Shown: in pieces, positions 29,012 to 38,603 of the stretch
How positions within the stretch are numbered: position 1 is the stretch's first letter
How the letters are laid out: each line of letters opens with the position of its first letter
From: a virus
Direction: 5' to 3' (one strand)
IMG/VR virus record: IMGVR_UViG_3300043465_002420
Length of the DNA stretch: 64,000 nt
The notes under the pieces: generated by a model
What the model was told of the DNA's origin: nothing
Seen by the model: the letters and a program-made list of their open reading frames with translations, nothing else
Databases searched by the model: none
Position numbers and translations under genes: made by a program

Positions 29012-30374
29012 TTATAAATCAAAACAAATAGATCTACCGCCTCTAGCCTCAGACATGAATCGACTAAACAAAAGACCTTCAAATACTGGATCAACATCAG
29101 TAATTCCAAGACAATAGCAAATCAAAGAACCACAAGCACTTCCCCTGCCTGGCCCCACAGCTTGAGTTCCATCACCACCTATATTCTCTTTGCACCACTT
29201 TCTTGCCTCATCAGTCATCATTTTTTGAATAAGAAAATATGTACTAAATCCTTTTCGAGTAATAAGACTTAATTCTTCAATTATTCTGTCTTTATATTCT
29301 TTGGTCTTAGGCAAGTTTCTCTGCTTGAATCCTTGTATGACTAAATCTTTAAGCTTTTCGTCACAATCAGGCAAAATTGGTAATTTTAAACTTCTATCAA
29401 GTTCAACTCCTTTTGCCATTCTGCAAATCTCTACTGTATTCTTTTTAGCTTCACAAAAAATTTCATATGGAATAACATCACTATAATCTTTAGCCCATTT
29501 TTCGTTAAGTTCTTCCTCTGACTTCATCCATAAGTTGGCATCTTGCAATTCAAAAAAGTCTTTCATGGCATCTTCTTTCATTGCCTTTTGAATTTCTTGA
29601 ATTGTTCTATTTGTCTGTACCATTAACATAAGTCTTTGAAAGTGACTATCTTCCTTTCGACAATAATGACAATCATTTGTAAGAATTATTTTTAATTTAT
29701 ACTTTTCATAAGCCTTGATGATAAATGCATCATAAGGCTTTTGTTTGACAAAATCTAAAAGCATAATTTCAAGAAAATAATTATCTCTACCAAACATCTC
29801 AATGTATCTTTCAATCATTTGAAATGCAGCTTCTTCACCACCAGAATCAAATGCTCTACCAACTTCGCTGTTATAGCAACAACTAGTAAAAAACAAACCT
29901 TCTTTATGTTTCTCAAGTTGTTCGTAATTTACTCTTGGCTTTCTATAAAATCCTTTTGTCCATCCCCAAGATGTAAGTCTTACTAGGTTTTTATAACCTA
30001 TTTCACTATGTGCAATCGCAAGAAGATGTGGACTAGCTCTCAATTCCTTTAATTCTATTTCGTTTAAGTTTTTAGAGAAATTTTGCATGTCTTGCAAAGA
30101 ATCACTTGATGGCTGTAACCTATTAACATATAGTTCTGCTGCGAATATAGGAGAAAGTTTGTTTTTACCAAACTTATCACAAATTTTCTCACAAGCTTTT
30201 ATTTGTCTTGGAACAGCACCCAACATGCCATGATCACTAATAGTTAAAAAGTTTTGATTGATTTGGGTAGCTCTGAGTGAATATTCCTCACAAGTACCAA
30301 ACCCATCTAAAACAGAAAAATCGGAATAACTAATGAAGGTGGAGATGTTCGAAACCGACAATCTCCACCTTCAT
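29012..30374 (-). CDS. dnaE: DNA polymerase III alpha subunit, N-terminal part (PHP + start of palm); reading frame interrupted by UAG and a 7-nt gap after codon 14
   Basis: HLHLH | SDFSVLDG, TISDHG, AAELY, PHLLAIA, TSCC, TNDCHY, LWMKSEEE, GPGRGSACGSL, FSRFMSEAR; SD AAGGAG before ATG 30374. Confidence 0.9.
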
Positions 30375-30375
30375 T
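30332..30375 (-). promoter_or_regulatory. perfect 15-bp hairpin covering the dnaE-N start codon and ending at the internal UAG (candidate recoding element)
   Basis: aatgaaggtggagat (30332-30346) / atctccaccttcatt (30361-30375), 14-nt loop. Confidence 0.8.
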
Positions 30376-30414
30376 GGAACTCCTTTCATAAATGTCATTG
30401 TTCAATCCTTTTGT

Positions 30415-30666
30415 TTACTTCCAGAGTTTATATTTTTCATACACTAGAGCTTCGCAATCCATAATTGCAATTCTTCTAGCGTACTTTCTTGGGGATAGGT
30501 ATATTTTTTCGTCATCTTCATTAGATTCATCAGGCTTTACTTCACGCTCCATTGATATTAAATCATCAAGGATTTCAAGTGCTGTATTTTTTTCTATCTG
30601 ATTAACTTTGTGAAGATGAAAAGCAAAAAACAATAAAAACAAAAAAGGAAAAATTAATTTTTTCAT
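30415..30666 (-). CDS. membrane-anchored hypothetical protein
   Basis: 83 aa, hydrophobic N-terminus. Confidence 0.6.
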   Translation of the reverse strand: MKKLIFPFLFLLFFAFHLHKVNQIEKNTALEILDDLISMEREVKPDESNEDDEKIYLSPRKYARRIAIMDCEALVYEKYKLWK

Positions 30667-30800
30667 TTTTGTTCTTTTTCAAAAAATGAATCATTGAAAG
30701 TGGCCATTTTGTAAATCACTCCCATTGCTACGGCTATTGAAACCAAAAGTATGGAAAATGAACCTACAAAAAATCCAATCCAGAAATTAAGATCAAACAT
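30663..30800 (-). CDS. 45-aa membrane peptide (not in ORF track)
   Basis: AAGGAG SD; MFDLNFWIGFFVGSFSILLVSIAVAMGVIYK...; ATGA overlap with the next gene. Confidence 0.55.
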   Translation of the reverse strand: MFDLNFWIGFFVGSFSILLVSIAVAMGVIYKMATFNDSFFEKEQK

Positions 30801-30873
30801 TAATTGCTACTCCTTGTAGTGTGTCAAATCATCCTGATATAATATACCAAAAAAAATATCAAAGTAAACTAAT

Positions 30874-31095
30874 CTATTTTGCTTTGGTTAATGACTTTTG
30901 ATCATCTGTTTGAGTTTTCTTCCATTTTTCAAATTCTTCTTGAAGAACTTGAGCCTGTTGCTCTAATTCTTTAAGTTTTGTTTGAGATTTATCGTAATAA
31001 TCTTTTAATTCTTGTTTTAATTTCTTCTTTTCACCATAAATGTCAGACACTTTTTGTGAAAAAGATACAAATTCTTCGCTCAATAGCCAATCCAT
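30874..31095 (-). CDS. small coiled-coil protein
   Basis: 73 aa heptad-rich. Confidence 0.6.
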   Translation of the reverse strand: MDWLLSEEFVSFSQKVSDIYGEKKKLKQELKDYYDKSQTKLKELEQQAQVLQEEFEKWKKTQTDDQKSLTKAK

Positions 31096-31103
31096 AATTC
31101 ACC

Positions 31104-34100
31104 TTACCTTTTTGCTCGTATTCTTACATTTAAAGGATCATTGTCAAAACACTCAAAAACGATTTCGCTCCCATCATGACCTTTGGTCGATAGAAACACA
31201 TCGTTTTGCCAAATAAACCTTAAAGAACAAAGAACATCACGAACATAAGGCTCGTATAGTGTTCTTCCCTCATAATTATGCTCCAACATAAGATAACCTT
31301 TGCCACGATAATTTGGCTCAGTCAATCTAATATCTGGCAATCCACCATTAACATGCCTTGCCATAAGGAGTTTTTTTATTTTTTTATATTCATGACTTTC
31401 CAAGATTGTATCACCACTTGGATATTTTTTATATTCAAAATATTCTTGCTCTCTGCAAAAATCTTCAGTAAAAAATTCATGTATCAAAGTTAGATCATCG
31501 TAATACTTTCTAACTTCAAATATTTTTTCTTTTCCTAATTTTGCATTTGTATCCCAATTTTCTTTTTTGGTTGAATTTGTGCAATCATCCCATTCAGTTC
31601 CAAATTGGCCTTTATCCCATCTTTTTCTTATGTCCGAAAGAAGATTATAGCCTAGCTTATATGGATTAGTGCTATATTTTCCTCCAAGAACACCCATCTT
31701 ATGTGCAGCATATTCTATGATTCCATCATCATGTGTTTTCTGGCCCAATGAAACATAACCCTGTTCTGCCATAATGACATGGTCGGTCATACTATTATGA
31801 TTCATAAATCCACAAGCCGAATATCGATGACTTGTTTCTACTGTAATGTCATACACTGTATCTTTTCCAATTTTTTCGATAGAAATAATTTCATCTTCAA
31901 GTTTTTGATCAATAAACCATTTATGATTGTCAATATACTTCTTTAACTTTTGCTGTTTTCTAGATAATCCAAAACCTATTTGCTCATAATACTTTACCGC
32001 TTCCTGTCCGGTTATGCGTACATGCCAACAAGAATCTTTTTGTTTGCGTCTTGTTGATAATATGCAAAAATTCAACAAAACATTTTGTATTTGTCTGGAA
32101 AGAACTTCGCTTGCGGTGGAAAGAATAACACCAGCATCCCCCGCATAACCATCACAATCAAAATACGATCTTACAAAAGAAGCGATAACACTCTTGGGCG
32201 ATTTAAGAATAATTTCTGGTATTTGCTTAATCCTAGCACAGACTCCAGTTTTCATTCCCAAATAAACAAGTAGTTCTTCAAGTTCTTTTGAAGTTACAGA
32301 AATTCTATATCGACCATTTTTAGATGTGTCATCCCAACGAGATTTACAATCTATATTAAATAATTTCTTTGTAAGACGAATATAATTATCAGCTTGATCT
32401 TTATCTCCAGTTGTTAAGCCAAGAGTTCTCTTGCTTTTAGATATATGACCATCTCCAATCATATATCCAACAAATGAAGCAAATTCTTCATCCATAGAAA
32501 AAGGTAAAGATATACATTTTCTTTTATTTCTCATGCATGTCATAGACTGATCATCATATTGCTTGAGCAATTTGTCTAAATTGTCATTTTTTTCTTCACC
32601 TTTATAATGATATTTTCTATAAACGACTTGAGACATAGTCGCTGATGCTTTTTTACAGATTTGCTTCAATTCTATCCTTTTATTGGGCAATTTATAATCG
32701 ATTTTTTGATATTTTTTCGTCCAAATATTTGAAAACGATATTTTAACTTTTTCTCCTACATTCATTTTATCAAGACGAACCCAATCATTATCACCCATAA
32801 CTCTATGATTATTTGAACCCTCAAAAACATATCCTCTTCTAGTTTCAATCCTATAAACATCACGATTTTCAAAAGTGAACCAATTTGTCACATTTCTAGA
32901 TTTTTCACCATCATAAACCATAACAGGCAACTTTTTATCAACAATTTCACCTAATGTCAAAATGCCCATATTTGTAGATACAAGAGAATCTCTTCGTCCG
33001 CAAGCCCACCCCTCGTTTAATACCTTGGTTTGTCTCTGTGGGAAAAAATAAATTGATTCCTCATAGATCATAGACATAATATCTTGCTGCCATGGCTTCA
33101 ATGGAGCATTATCACGCAAGAATCCAAAAACATCTTTAACTGGTTCAATAAAAAATCCAAGCTCTTCTGCCAAATCTTTATCTTTAACCTTTTCGTTTTC
33201 TTTATCTTTAAAATCTTTGGTGTTGATATAAGAATCCATATAAAGTCTATCATTGCCAACTTTTAGTCGCCTTGGAAAACGATAATTTTTTTTATCAATA
33301 ATGTTTTTATCTTTAATTACTTTTTGATGCCAAGCTGATGCACCATCAATTAAATTGTCGATGCGAAGCAAATAATCAAGAAATTCAGTAACCTTTTCTT
33401 TACCCCATCTAGCCATATATTTTCTTATACGACTCGCATGATTCGCCATGTTATTCAACATATTTGTGTCAGTGGCAGAAAAATGAATATTATTTTTAAA
33501 GAAATCATTATGACCAGTAGCGTGAGCGATAACTGTCAAATGATCCAATAGAGTATTGCTATCTAAGCAATAGATGTAGCAAGGTGATGTATTATGGGTA
33601 ATCAATCCATATGCAATAAAATCATGAGAATCATGATCCAATGCAATATCAACAGTTTCGATCTCATCTCCATCAACAACATGCTCAACAACAAATAAAG
33701 GATTTGAAATAATATCTTTAATTTCATTTGGAACACTTAATCCTTGATTTTCTGCTCTTTGTACAAATGAAGAAAAAGAATTAATCCCAACTTTTTGTTT
33801 CTCGAACATTTTAATTGAATAACCAAGACTATGGTTGTTATATGTTGTGATTCCTACACTTTTTGCCCACATAATCAATTGTCGTTGAATGTAAGGCAAC
33901 TCCATTCCAGAACTACGACAAAATTTTCTATCAAGTAATTTTTTAAGTAATTCTTGCTTATAGTTAAGCACAAAACCTATTCTATTGTAAAATTTATTTT
34001 CAGCCCAAATTCCCTTAATTTTAACAACATTAATATATTTTTGATCACCTTTTTTACCCTTGCCATTTTTCAATGTTTTTAAATTAGAAAGAATTCCCAT

Positions 34101-35213
34101 TTCCGAAAGCATAATCTGAACATCATCTGCCAATTTCTTATTATAACAACTAAAACCAACATGGTCAGCTACATAGCCATCAGTATCGAACAAACCACGA
34201 ATAAAAGCACATCTATAGGCAGGAGGAGACTTCCAAATAATATCTGGAATTATTTTTTCCTTAAATGTTTTACCTTTCTTTAAACCAATCGAATTAACAA
34301 AATCAACTGCGTTTTTTGAGCATAATGTTACATTGAAACAATTTGGTTTTTCGTAAATCTCTGCAACAACTCCAAATACCTTTTTAAATAAATCTACAAC
34401 ATGTTCTGCATATGTCCTGTGTTTTTTACCAACAGCAACGGTTAACATATTTTCAGCAGACTTTACTCCTATCGACCCATCTCCAACCAAAATTCCAAGA
34501 AGTTCCGCCAATTCTATCGTAATATGATTCGGTGGATAAATTTCTTTAATACAATGCCTAATGTTGGGCCTTGTTGATTCAAAAACTTGTTCGGATGACC
34601 AATCAATTCTTGGTGCATCCCAATTACTTTCATATGAATCAGTTCCTACAAAAATATCACCAGATACAACATCCGATGCTTTTTTCCAGATTAAACCATT
34701 ATTAGAAAGAACACGCCATTTGTGATTTGGCGTACATACTAATGTTTGGCCATCTTTCAAACAAATTTTCTTAGTTTTAGAAGCGTTTTGTCTCTTTGTC
34801 GCAACAACATTCCTAGTTTCATTACCAACAATAACTTGATCGCCTACCTTCACATCTCCAGCTATAATTGTACCACGCTTAGTCAAAACTGGAGCATTAA
34901 GTTCACAGCAATTGATTACCATTTCATATATCTTATGCATTTGATTTTCATATCCACGCTGCAATTCTTCATATTGCATGCCAAACGACCAATGTGGATA
35001 TCGTACTGGAAAACCACCATAAGCTGCTACTTCAGAGATTTCATCGTAGGTAAGAAGTTGCACTACAGTTGGATAAAAGTCTAAACCCCAATCTCTACAA
35101 ACATTCAAAATTATTTGAGCATGTTCTTTTAATTGTTTTGGAAGTTGAACACCAGGAATAGTGTTATCGCCAATAAGAAGAGAAGAGCCATGCATAAACT
35201 TGTTAGAAGACAT
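31104..35213 (-). CDS. spoVR: SpoVR/YcgB family protein with two inteins
   Basis: GLDFYP, YGGFPVRYPHWSFG, YEMVIN|TSPC, AHATGHNDFFKNN, TKVLNEGWA|S, NPYKLG, LPDI; exteins rejoin to the SpoVR consensus. Confidence 0.92.
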   Translation of the reverse strand: MSSNKFMHGSSLLIGDNTIPGVQLPKQLKEHAQIILNVCRDWGLDFYPTVVQLLTYDEISEVAAYGGFPVRYPHWSFGMQYEELQRGYENQMHKIYEMVINCCELNAPVLTKRGTIIAGDVKVGDQVIVGNETRNVVATKRQNASKTKKICLKDGQTLVCTPNHKWRVLSNNGLIWKKASDVVSGDIFVGTDSYESNWDAPRIDWSSEQVFESTRPNIRHCIKEIYPPNHITIELAELLGILVGDGSIGVKSAENMLTVAVGKKHRTYAEHVVDLFKKVFGVVAEIYEKPNCFNVTLCSKNAVDFVNSIGLKKGKTFKEKIIPDIIWKSPPAYRCAFIRGLFDTDGYVADHVGFSCYNKKLADDVQIMLSEMGILSNLKTLKNGKGKKGDQKYINVVKIKGIWAENKFYNRIGFVLNYKQELLKKLLDRKFCRSSGMELPYIQRQLIMWAKSVGITTYNNHSLGYSIKMFEKQKVGINSFSSFVQRAENQGLSVPNEIKDIISNPLFVVEHVVDGDEIETVDIALDHDSHDFIAYGLITHNTSPCYIYCLDSNTLLDHLTVIAHATGHNDFFKNNIHFSATDTNMLNNMANHASRIRKYMARWGKEKVTEFLDYLLRIDNLIDGASAWHQKVIKDKNIIDKKNYRFPRRLKVGNDRLYMDSYINTKDFKDKENEKVKDKDLAEELGFFIEPVKDVFGFLRDNAPLKPWQQDIMSMIYEESIYFFPQRQTKVLNEGWACGRRDSLVSTNMGILTLGEIVDKKLPVMVYDGEKSRNVTNWFTFENRDVYRIETRRGYVFEGSNNHRVMGDNDWVRLDKMNVGEKVKISFSNIWTKKYQKIDYKLPNKRIELKQICKKASATMSQVVYRKYHYKGEEKNDNLDKLLKQYDDQSMTCMRNKRKCISLPFSMDEEFASFVGYMIGDGHISKSKRTLGLTTGDKDQADNYIRLTKKLFNIDCKSRWDDTSKNGRYRISVTSKELEELLVYLGMKTGVCARIKQIPEIILKSPKSVIASFVRSYFDCDGYAGDAGVILSTASEVLSRQIQNVLLNFCILSTRRKQKDSCWHVRITGQEAVKYYEQIGFGLSRKQQKLKKYIDNHKWFIDQKLEDEIISIEKIGKDTVYDITVETSHRYSACGFMNHNSMTDHVIMAEQGYVSLGQKTHDDGIIEYAAHKMGVLGGKYSTNPYKLGYNLLSDIRKRWDKGQFGTEWDDCTNSTKKENWDTNAKLGKEKIFEVRKYYDDLTLIHEFFTEDFCREQEYFEYKKYPSGDTILESHEYKKIKKLLMARHVNGGLPDIRLTEPNYRGKGYLMLEHNYEGRTLYEPYVRDVLCSLRFIWQNDVFLSTKGHDGSEIVFECFDNDPLNVRIRAKR
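31794..33002 (-). mobile_element. intein 2 (403 aa) with LAGLIDADG homing endonuclease
   Basis: Starts CGRRDSLVSTNMG; FEGSNNHRV; FVGYMIGDGH and FVRSYFDCDG; ends VYDITVE...MNHN followed by +1 Ser. Confidence 0.9.
33591..34910 (-). mobile_element. intein 1 (440 aa) with LAGLIDADG homing endonuclease
   Basis: Starts CCELNAPVLTKRG; block B LVCTPNHKW; LLGILVGDGS and FIRGLFDTDG; ends GLITHN followed by +1 Thr. Confidence 0.92.
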
Positions 35214-36423
35214 TATCGGACTCCGTATTCAATTTAGCTTTTGATTTATCTGAACCCATTAATTTTTGAATAGCTTCTAATATTTGTTGATTTCTTTTTT
35301 CTTCTGTTAAAACAGCACCACCTTCTGCATTTATTTCAGTGGTCTTAATATTTTCTCTATTAAGATCTCCCTTTTCCAAAGCTTGATCAACTACATTTTT
35401 TATTGAGTTTGCGTAATTCCAAGGAAGTATTTGTGTTATTCCAACAAGATTTACGATTCTTTCTCCAAATGATTCTTTTAATGTGTTTATAAAAACTTGA
35501 TTATCTTCTTCCCAATTGTCGCCATCGGTAAAATAAAATACATATATATTCCATTTTTCTGGGGGATATCGATTTTCAAATTGCTTAGAAATGAATTTCA
35601 AAGCAGAGCTACAAGTAGTGCCACCGCCAAATCTATAATTATAAAATTTTTCTTCATCTACTTCCATAGCAGAAGAATCATGCCAAACAAAAAGTCTATC
35701 TACTCTTTTGTAAAATCTTCTAATCCAAACATCAATCCACCAAGCCATATCAGAAACTATTTCGCACTTTTGCTGATCCATACTTCCAGATCCATCTCTA
35801 GCATATATGATCAAAGCATTACTTGAAGGAACTTTAATTTCCTTGTATTGCCTATATCTTTTATCTCTTTTTATTGGCTTGATTGCCTTAATTGGATCTT
35901 TGCATCCTGGTACTATTTCCAAATCATTTATAGTTCCATCTGCTGCTTGTCTTTTTAGAGCTTCTAAAAATGTTCTTCTGTTATGCCTTAGTGATTCTGG
36001 GCCTACTAAAGATATGTTGTTATATTTTATTTTTACTTCATCAAATGTGTCGCTTACTTTTGGCTTTAGATTTGGAAGTTCTAATTCTCCCTGCATGAAT
36101 TTTAAAACTTCTTCAAGGTCAAGACTTATGGTAATTCCTTCACTTTCATCTTGACCAGCACCATTGCCATTACCCTTGCCCTTTTTGCCCTTGTCGATCA
36201 CATCGCCATCTTTGCCTTTTCCTCTTCCTGTTCCATTTCCATTATCGCCATAAAGGATTTGCGGAATATCGATTTTTGGAATGGATATCGATATTTTACC
36301 ACGCTTACCTCTAGACTTAACAATTTGGCCACTTTTGATAAATTTCTTTAGAGCTTTGCGTAGCTTGCCAGAAACAACATCAATAAAATCTTTGTGGTCT
36401 TCTTCAATTCTTCTAGGACACAT
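35203..36423 (-). CDS. yeaH: YeaH/YhbH (DUF444, vWA-like) family protein
   Basis: ISIPKIDIP, ELELPNLKPK, RYRQY, DGSGSM MIDAS-like, GGGTTCSSAL, WNIYVFYFTDGDNW. Confidence 0.9.
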   Translation of the reverse strand: MCPRRIEEDHKDFIDVVSGKLRKALKKFIKSGQIVKSRGKRGKISISIPKIDIPQILYGDNGNGTGRGKGKDGDVIDKGKKGKGNGNGAGQDESEGITISLDLEEVLKFMQGELELPNLKPKVSDTFDEVKIKYNNISLVGPESLRHNRRTFLEALKRQAADGTINDLEIVPGCKDPIKAIKPIKRDKRYRQYKEIKVPSSNALIIYARDGSGSMDQQKCEIVSDMAWWIDVWIRRFYKRVDRLFVWHDSSAMEVDEEKFYNYRFGGGTTCSSALKFISKQFENRYPPEKWNIYVFYFTDGDNWEEDNQVFINTLKESFGERIVNLVGITQILPWNYANSIKNVVDQALEKGDLNRENIKTTEINAEGGAVLTEEKRNQQILEAIQKLMGSDKSKAKLNTESDNVF

Positions 36424-36459
36424 ATTTTAACAACCTCTTTACAAAAATTATTTGACATA

Positions 36460-38532
36460 TTATTCTTCTGCCAAATCGCCTCTAGCAAATATGCTTCCTA
36501 CAAAATCAAGAACATCTGTTGCCGATCTTTCATTGTACCCGTATTGTTTTATCAAACGAGTCTTTATTGCATCGATCTTTTCTTGTATATCTTTATCAAC
36601 TACTGTGGCACCAGAAACATTTAAAGCAGAAAGCTTAATAGTGTCTTTAACATCTTCAAACAATTTAGCTTCCAATGCTTTTTTCAATTTAGAATTAGAA
36701 TCCCATCGGAATGTCTTATGCTTAATTGCAAGATCTCCAATGAATGCAGCGATTTGTCTTCGGAAATCATCAGCACCTTGCTCTGGGATATCTATTTTCG
36801 ATTCAACAGCCCTCATAAGCCTTTCGTCTGGCTTTCTATCTTGTCCAGTAATTGGATCTTTGATTTTAGACTTATTGATATAGGCCATGATATTATCGAT
36901 ATAGTTGGTGCATAAACGAATTACTGCATCTTCATCGCCAACCAAGGCCTTTTGAACTTCTGCCTTCAAAATTTCAGTCAATTTCTTCACCACCAAATCA
37001 ACACAAGTAATATATCGACCAACATCATCTTTATTATTTAGCAAAGAACTACCTTCTAGGCCATCTCTTAGTTCATTCAAAACCATGAACATATTTACAT
37101 AATCATGATTGTTCGCAAGGCAATTGGAAAGTTTGTCTTGAATATATCGAACAGAAACACCTCTAGTCATGCCTTCGTCTGGATATCTGTCTTTTAGCTC
37201 TTTGACCTGTTCGTCTGTCCAACCTGGTAAGAGCTTACCATCATACAATTCTGCTTTTTCAACCAAAGATATCTTTCCATCTTTGTCGTCATTTAGTCTT
37301 GTCAAAATTGCCCATAATGCAGCAACTTCCAAGGTATGTGGAGCAATATGTTGCTTTACTTTTGTTGGCCCATAATCTTTTTCTAGAATCTTTAGCTCTT
37401 CTTCCCAACGCAAAGTATAAGGAACATCAATCTTTACAGTTCTATCTCTAAGTGCTTCCATATATTGATTGCTTCTAAGTTTTTCATATTCTGGATTATT
37501 GGTGTGTGTAAATATAGCCTCATCGATACCAACTTGACTAAATTTCTTTGGCTTGATACTTTGTTCTTGTGATGCTCCTAAGAGATCGTACAAGAATGCT
37601 TGATCTAGCTTCAAAGCCTCTATAAATTCAATCATTCCCCGATTTCCCACACAAAATTCCCCGTCAAAATTAAAAGCTCTAGGATCAGAATCGGCACCGA
37701 ATGTTCCAATTCTGCCAAAGTTTATATCGCCAGTAAGTTCAGTACTATCTTGATTTTTTTCGTCTTTAGGTTGAAATGTTGCAATACCACAACGATCAGA
37801 CTCACTAAATGTCTTACGAATAACACGGATATGTTTTTCAAGAATCTTTTCCAAATCACCATCATATTTTTTCAACAATGCATTCATGAAAAATCTACAT
37901 CTTGGATCTAGTTCTCCTTCGCATCGCAATTCATAAATTTCAGATCTTTCACTTTCTGGAACTGATTCTAACAAAGCACGATTAATTTCTTCCATGATTG
38001 GCTTTCGCACTTCTGGTGGCAGTAGCTTTAATGGCTGCTCATGCATTGGGCATTCATCTTCATCTTTTAAGTAAATCCCATCGACACCTGTTGGAAGATT
38101 AATCCATTTAAAACTATACCAAGCTCCAGCATCGGTGGTGGAATAACGCTCCATTTCTCTTTTGAACAATCTGCAAAGAGTTGATTTTGAGCTTCCTACA
38201 GGACCATGAAGAAGCAAAATTCGTTTTTCTGTTCCGAAATGACCAGCAGCACCCTTGATGAATTTAACAAGAGAATCTTTAGTTGGTGTCAAGCCAATAA
38301 TGGGATATTCTGGGTTGTCGAAAAAATTATAATGTTTATATGTTTTGCGATATTCTTCTACTGGGTAGAATCCTTTTTCTATCACCATATCAAAAATAAT
38401 TTGCCAAGAATTCCTAAGTAACTTTGGATTGGTGTAACACAAATCTACATATTCAGAAAACGACATTTCGTTATTGAGAATTTTAAATTTACTTTGATCA
38501 AATTTACCTATAAACTTATTTAAAGCGTTCAT
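36460..38532 (-). CDS. prkA: PrkA/YeaG family AAA+ ATPase (serine kinase annotation)
   Basis: LLHGPVGSSKST, PMHEQPL, GIATFQPKDEKNQDSTELTGD, DPRAFNFDGE, NRGMIEFIE, HTNNPEY, EALRDR, HIAPHTL. Confidence 0.93.
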   Translation of the reverse strand: MNALNKFIGKFDQSKFKILNNEMSFSEYVDLCYTNPKLLRNSWQIIFDMVIEKGFYPVEEYRKTYKHYNFFDNPEYPIIGLTPTKDSLVKFIKGAAGHFGTEKRILLLHGPVGSSKSTLCRLFKREMERYSTTDAGAWYSFKWINLPTGVDGIYLKDEDECPMHEQPLKLLPPEVRKPIMEEINRALLESVPESERSEIYELRCEGELDPRCRFFMNALLKKYDGDLEKILEKHIRVIRKTFSESDRCGIATFQPKDEKNQDSTELTGDINFGRIGTFGADSDPRAFNFDGEFCVGNRGMIEFIEALKLDQAFLYDLLGASQEQSIKPKKFSQVGIDEAIFTHTNNPEYEKLRSNQYMEALRDRTVKIDVPYTLRWEEELKILEKDYGPTKVKQHIAPHTLEVAALWAILTRLNDDKDGKISLVEKAELYDGKLLPGWTDEQVKELKDRYPDEGMTRGVSVRYIQDKLSNCLANNHDYVNMFMVLNELRDGLEGSSLLNNKDDVGRYITCVDLVVKKLTEILKAEVQKALVGDEDAVIRLCTNYIDNIMAYINKSKIKDPITGQDRKPDERLMRAVESKIDIPEQGADDFRRQIAAFIGDLAIKHKTFRWDSNSKLKKALEAKLFEDVKDTIKLSALNVSGATVVDKDIQEKIDAIKTRLIKQYGYNERSATDVLDFVGSIFARGDLAEE

Positions 38533-38574
38533 CTGCTATCTCCGTTATATTTTCTGTAATGGCACAACTAATTC

Positions 38575-38603
38575 ATTATAAGGTGAATCTTTTATTTTGT
38601 AAA
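38575..38603 (-). promoter_or_regulatory. sigma70-type promoter for prkA-yeaH-spoVR
   Basis: TTTACA-17 nt-TATAAT, 42 nt upstream of the prkA ATG. Confidence 0.65.

Noticed and set aside
19400-29100. Split intein joining the two dnaE halves
   Set aside because: dnaE-N has only about 9 residues after the last conserved motif and no Int-N. dnaE-C has no Int-C ending in HN before C/S/T.
30330-30332. Genome-wide UAG reassignment explaining the dnaE-N stop
   Set aside because: Readthrough stays in the wrong frame (LFRFFCFRW). TAG also ends other genes normally (e.g. 1651, 12854), and long ORFs are intact under code 11.
30359-30361. ORF-track TTG start (MSVSNISTF) as the only true start of dnaE-N
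   Set aside because: It omits the HxH metal ligands encoded in another frame behind a stronger SD-ATG. Kept only as a possible secondary start.
36452-36883. 143-aa antisense ORF inside prkA, and similar antisense ORFs in dnaE, spoVR and hldE
   Set aside because: Fully nested opposite highly conserved genes, with no independent signals.
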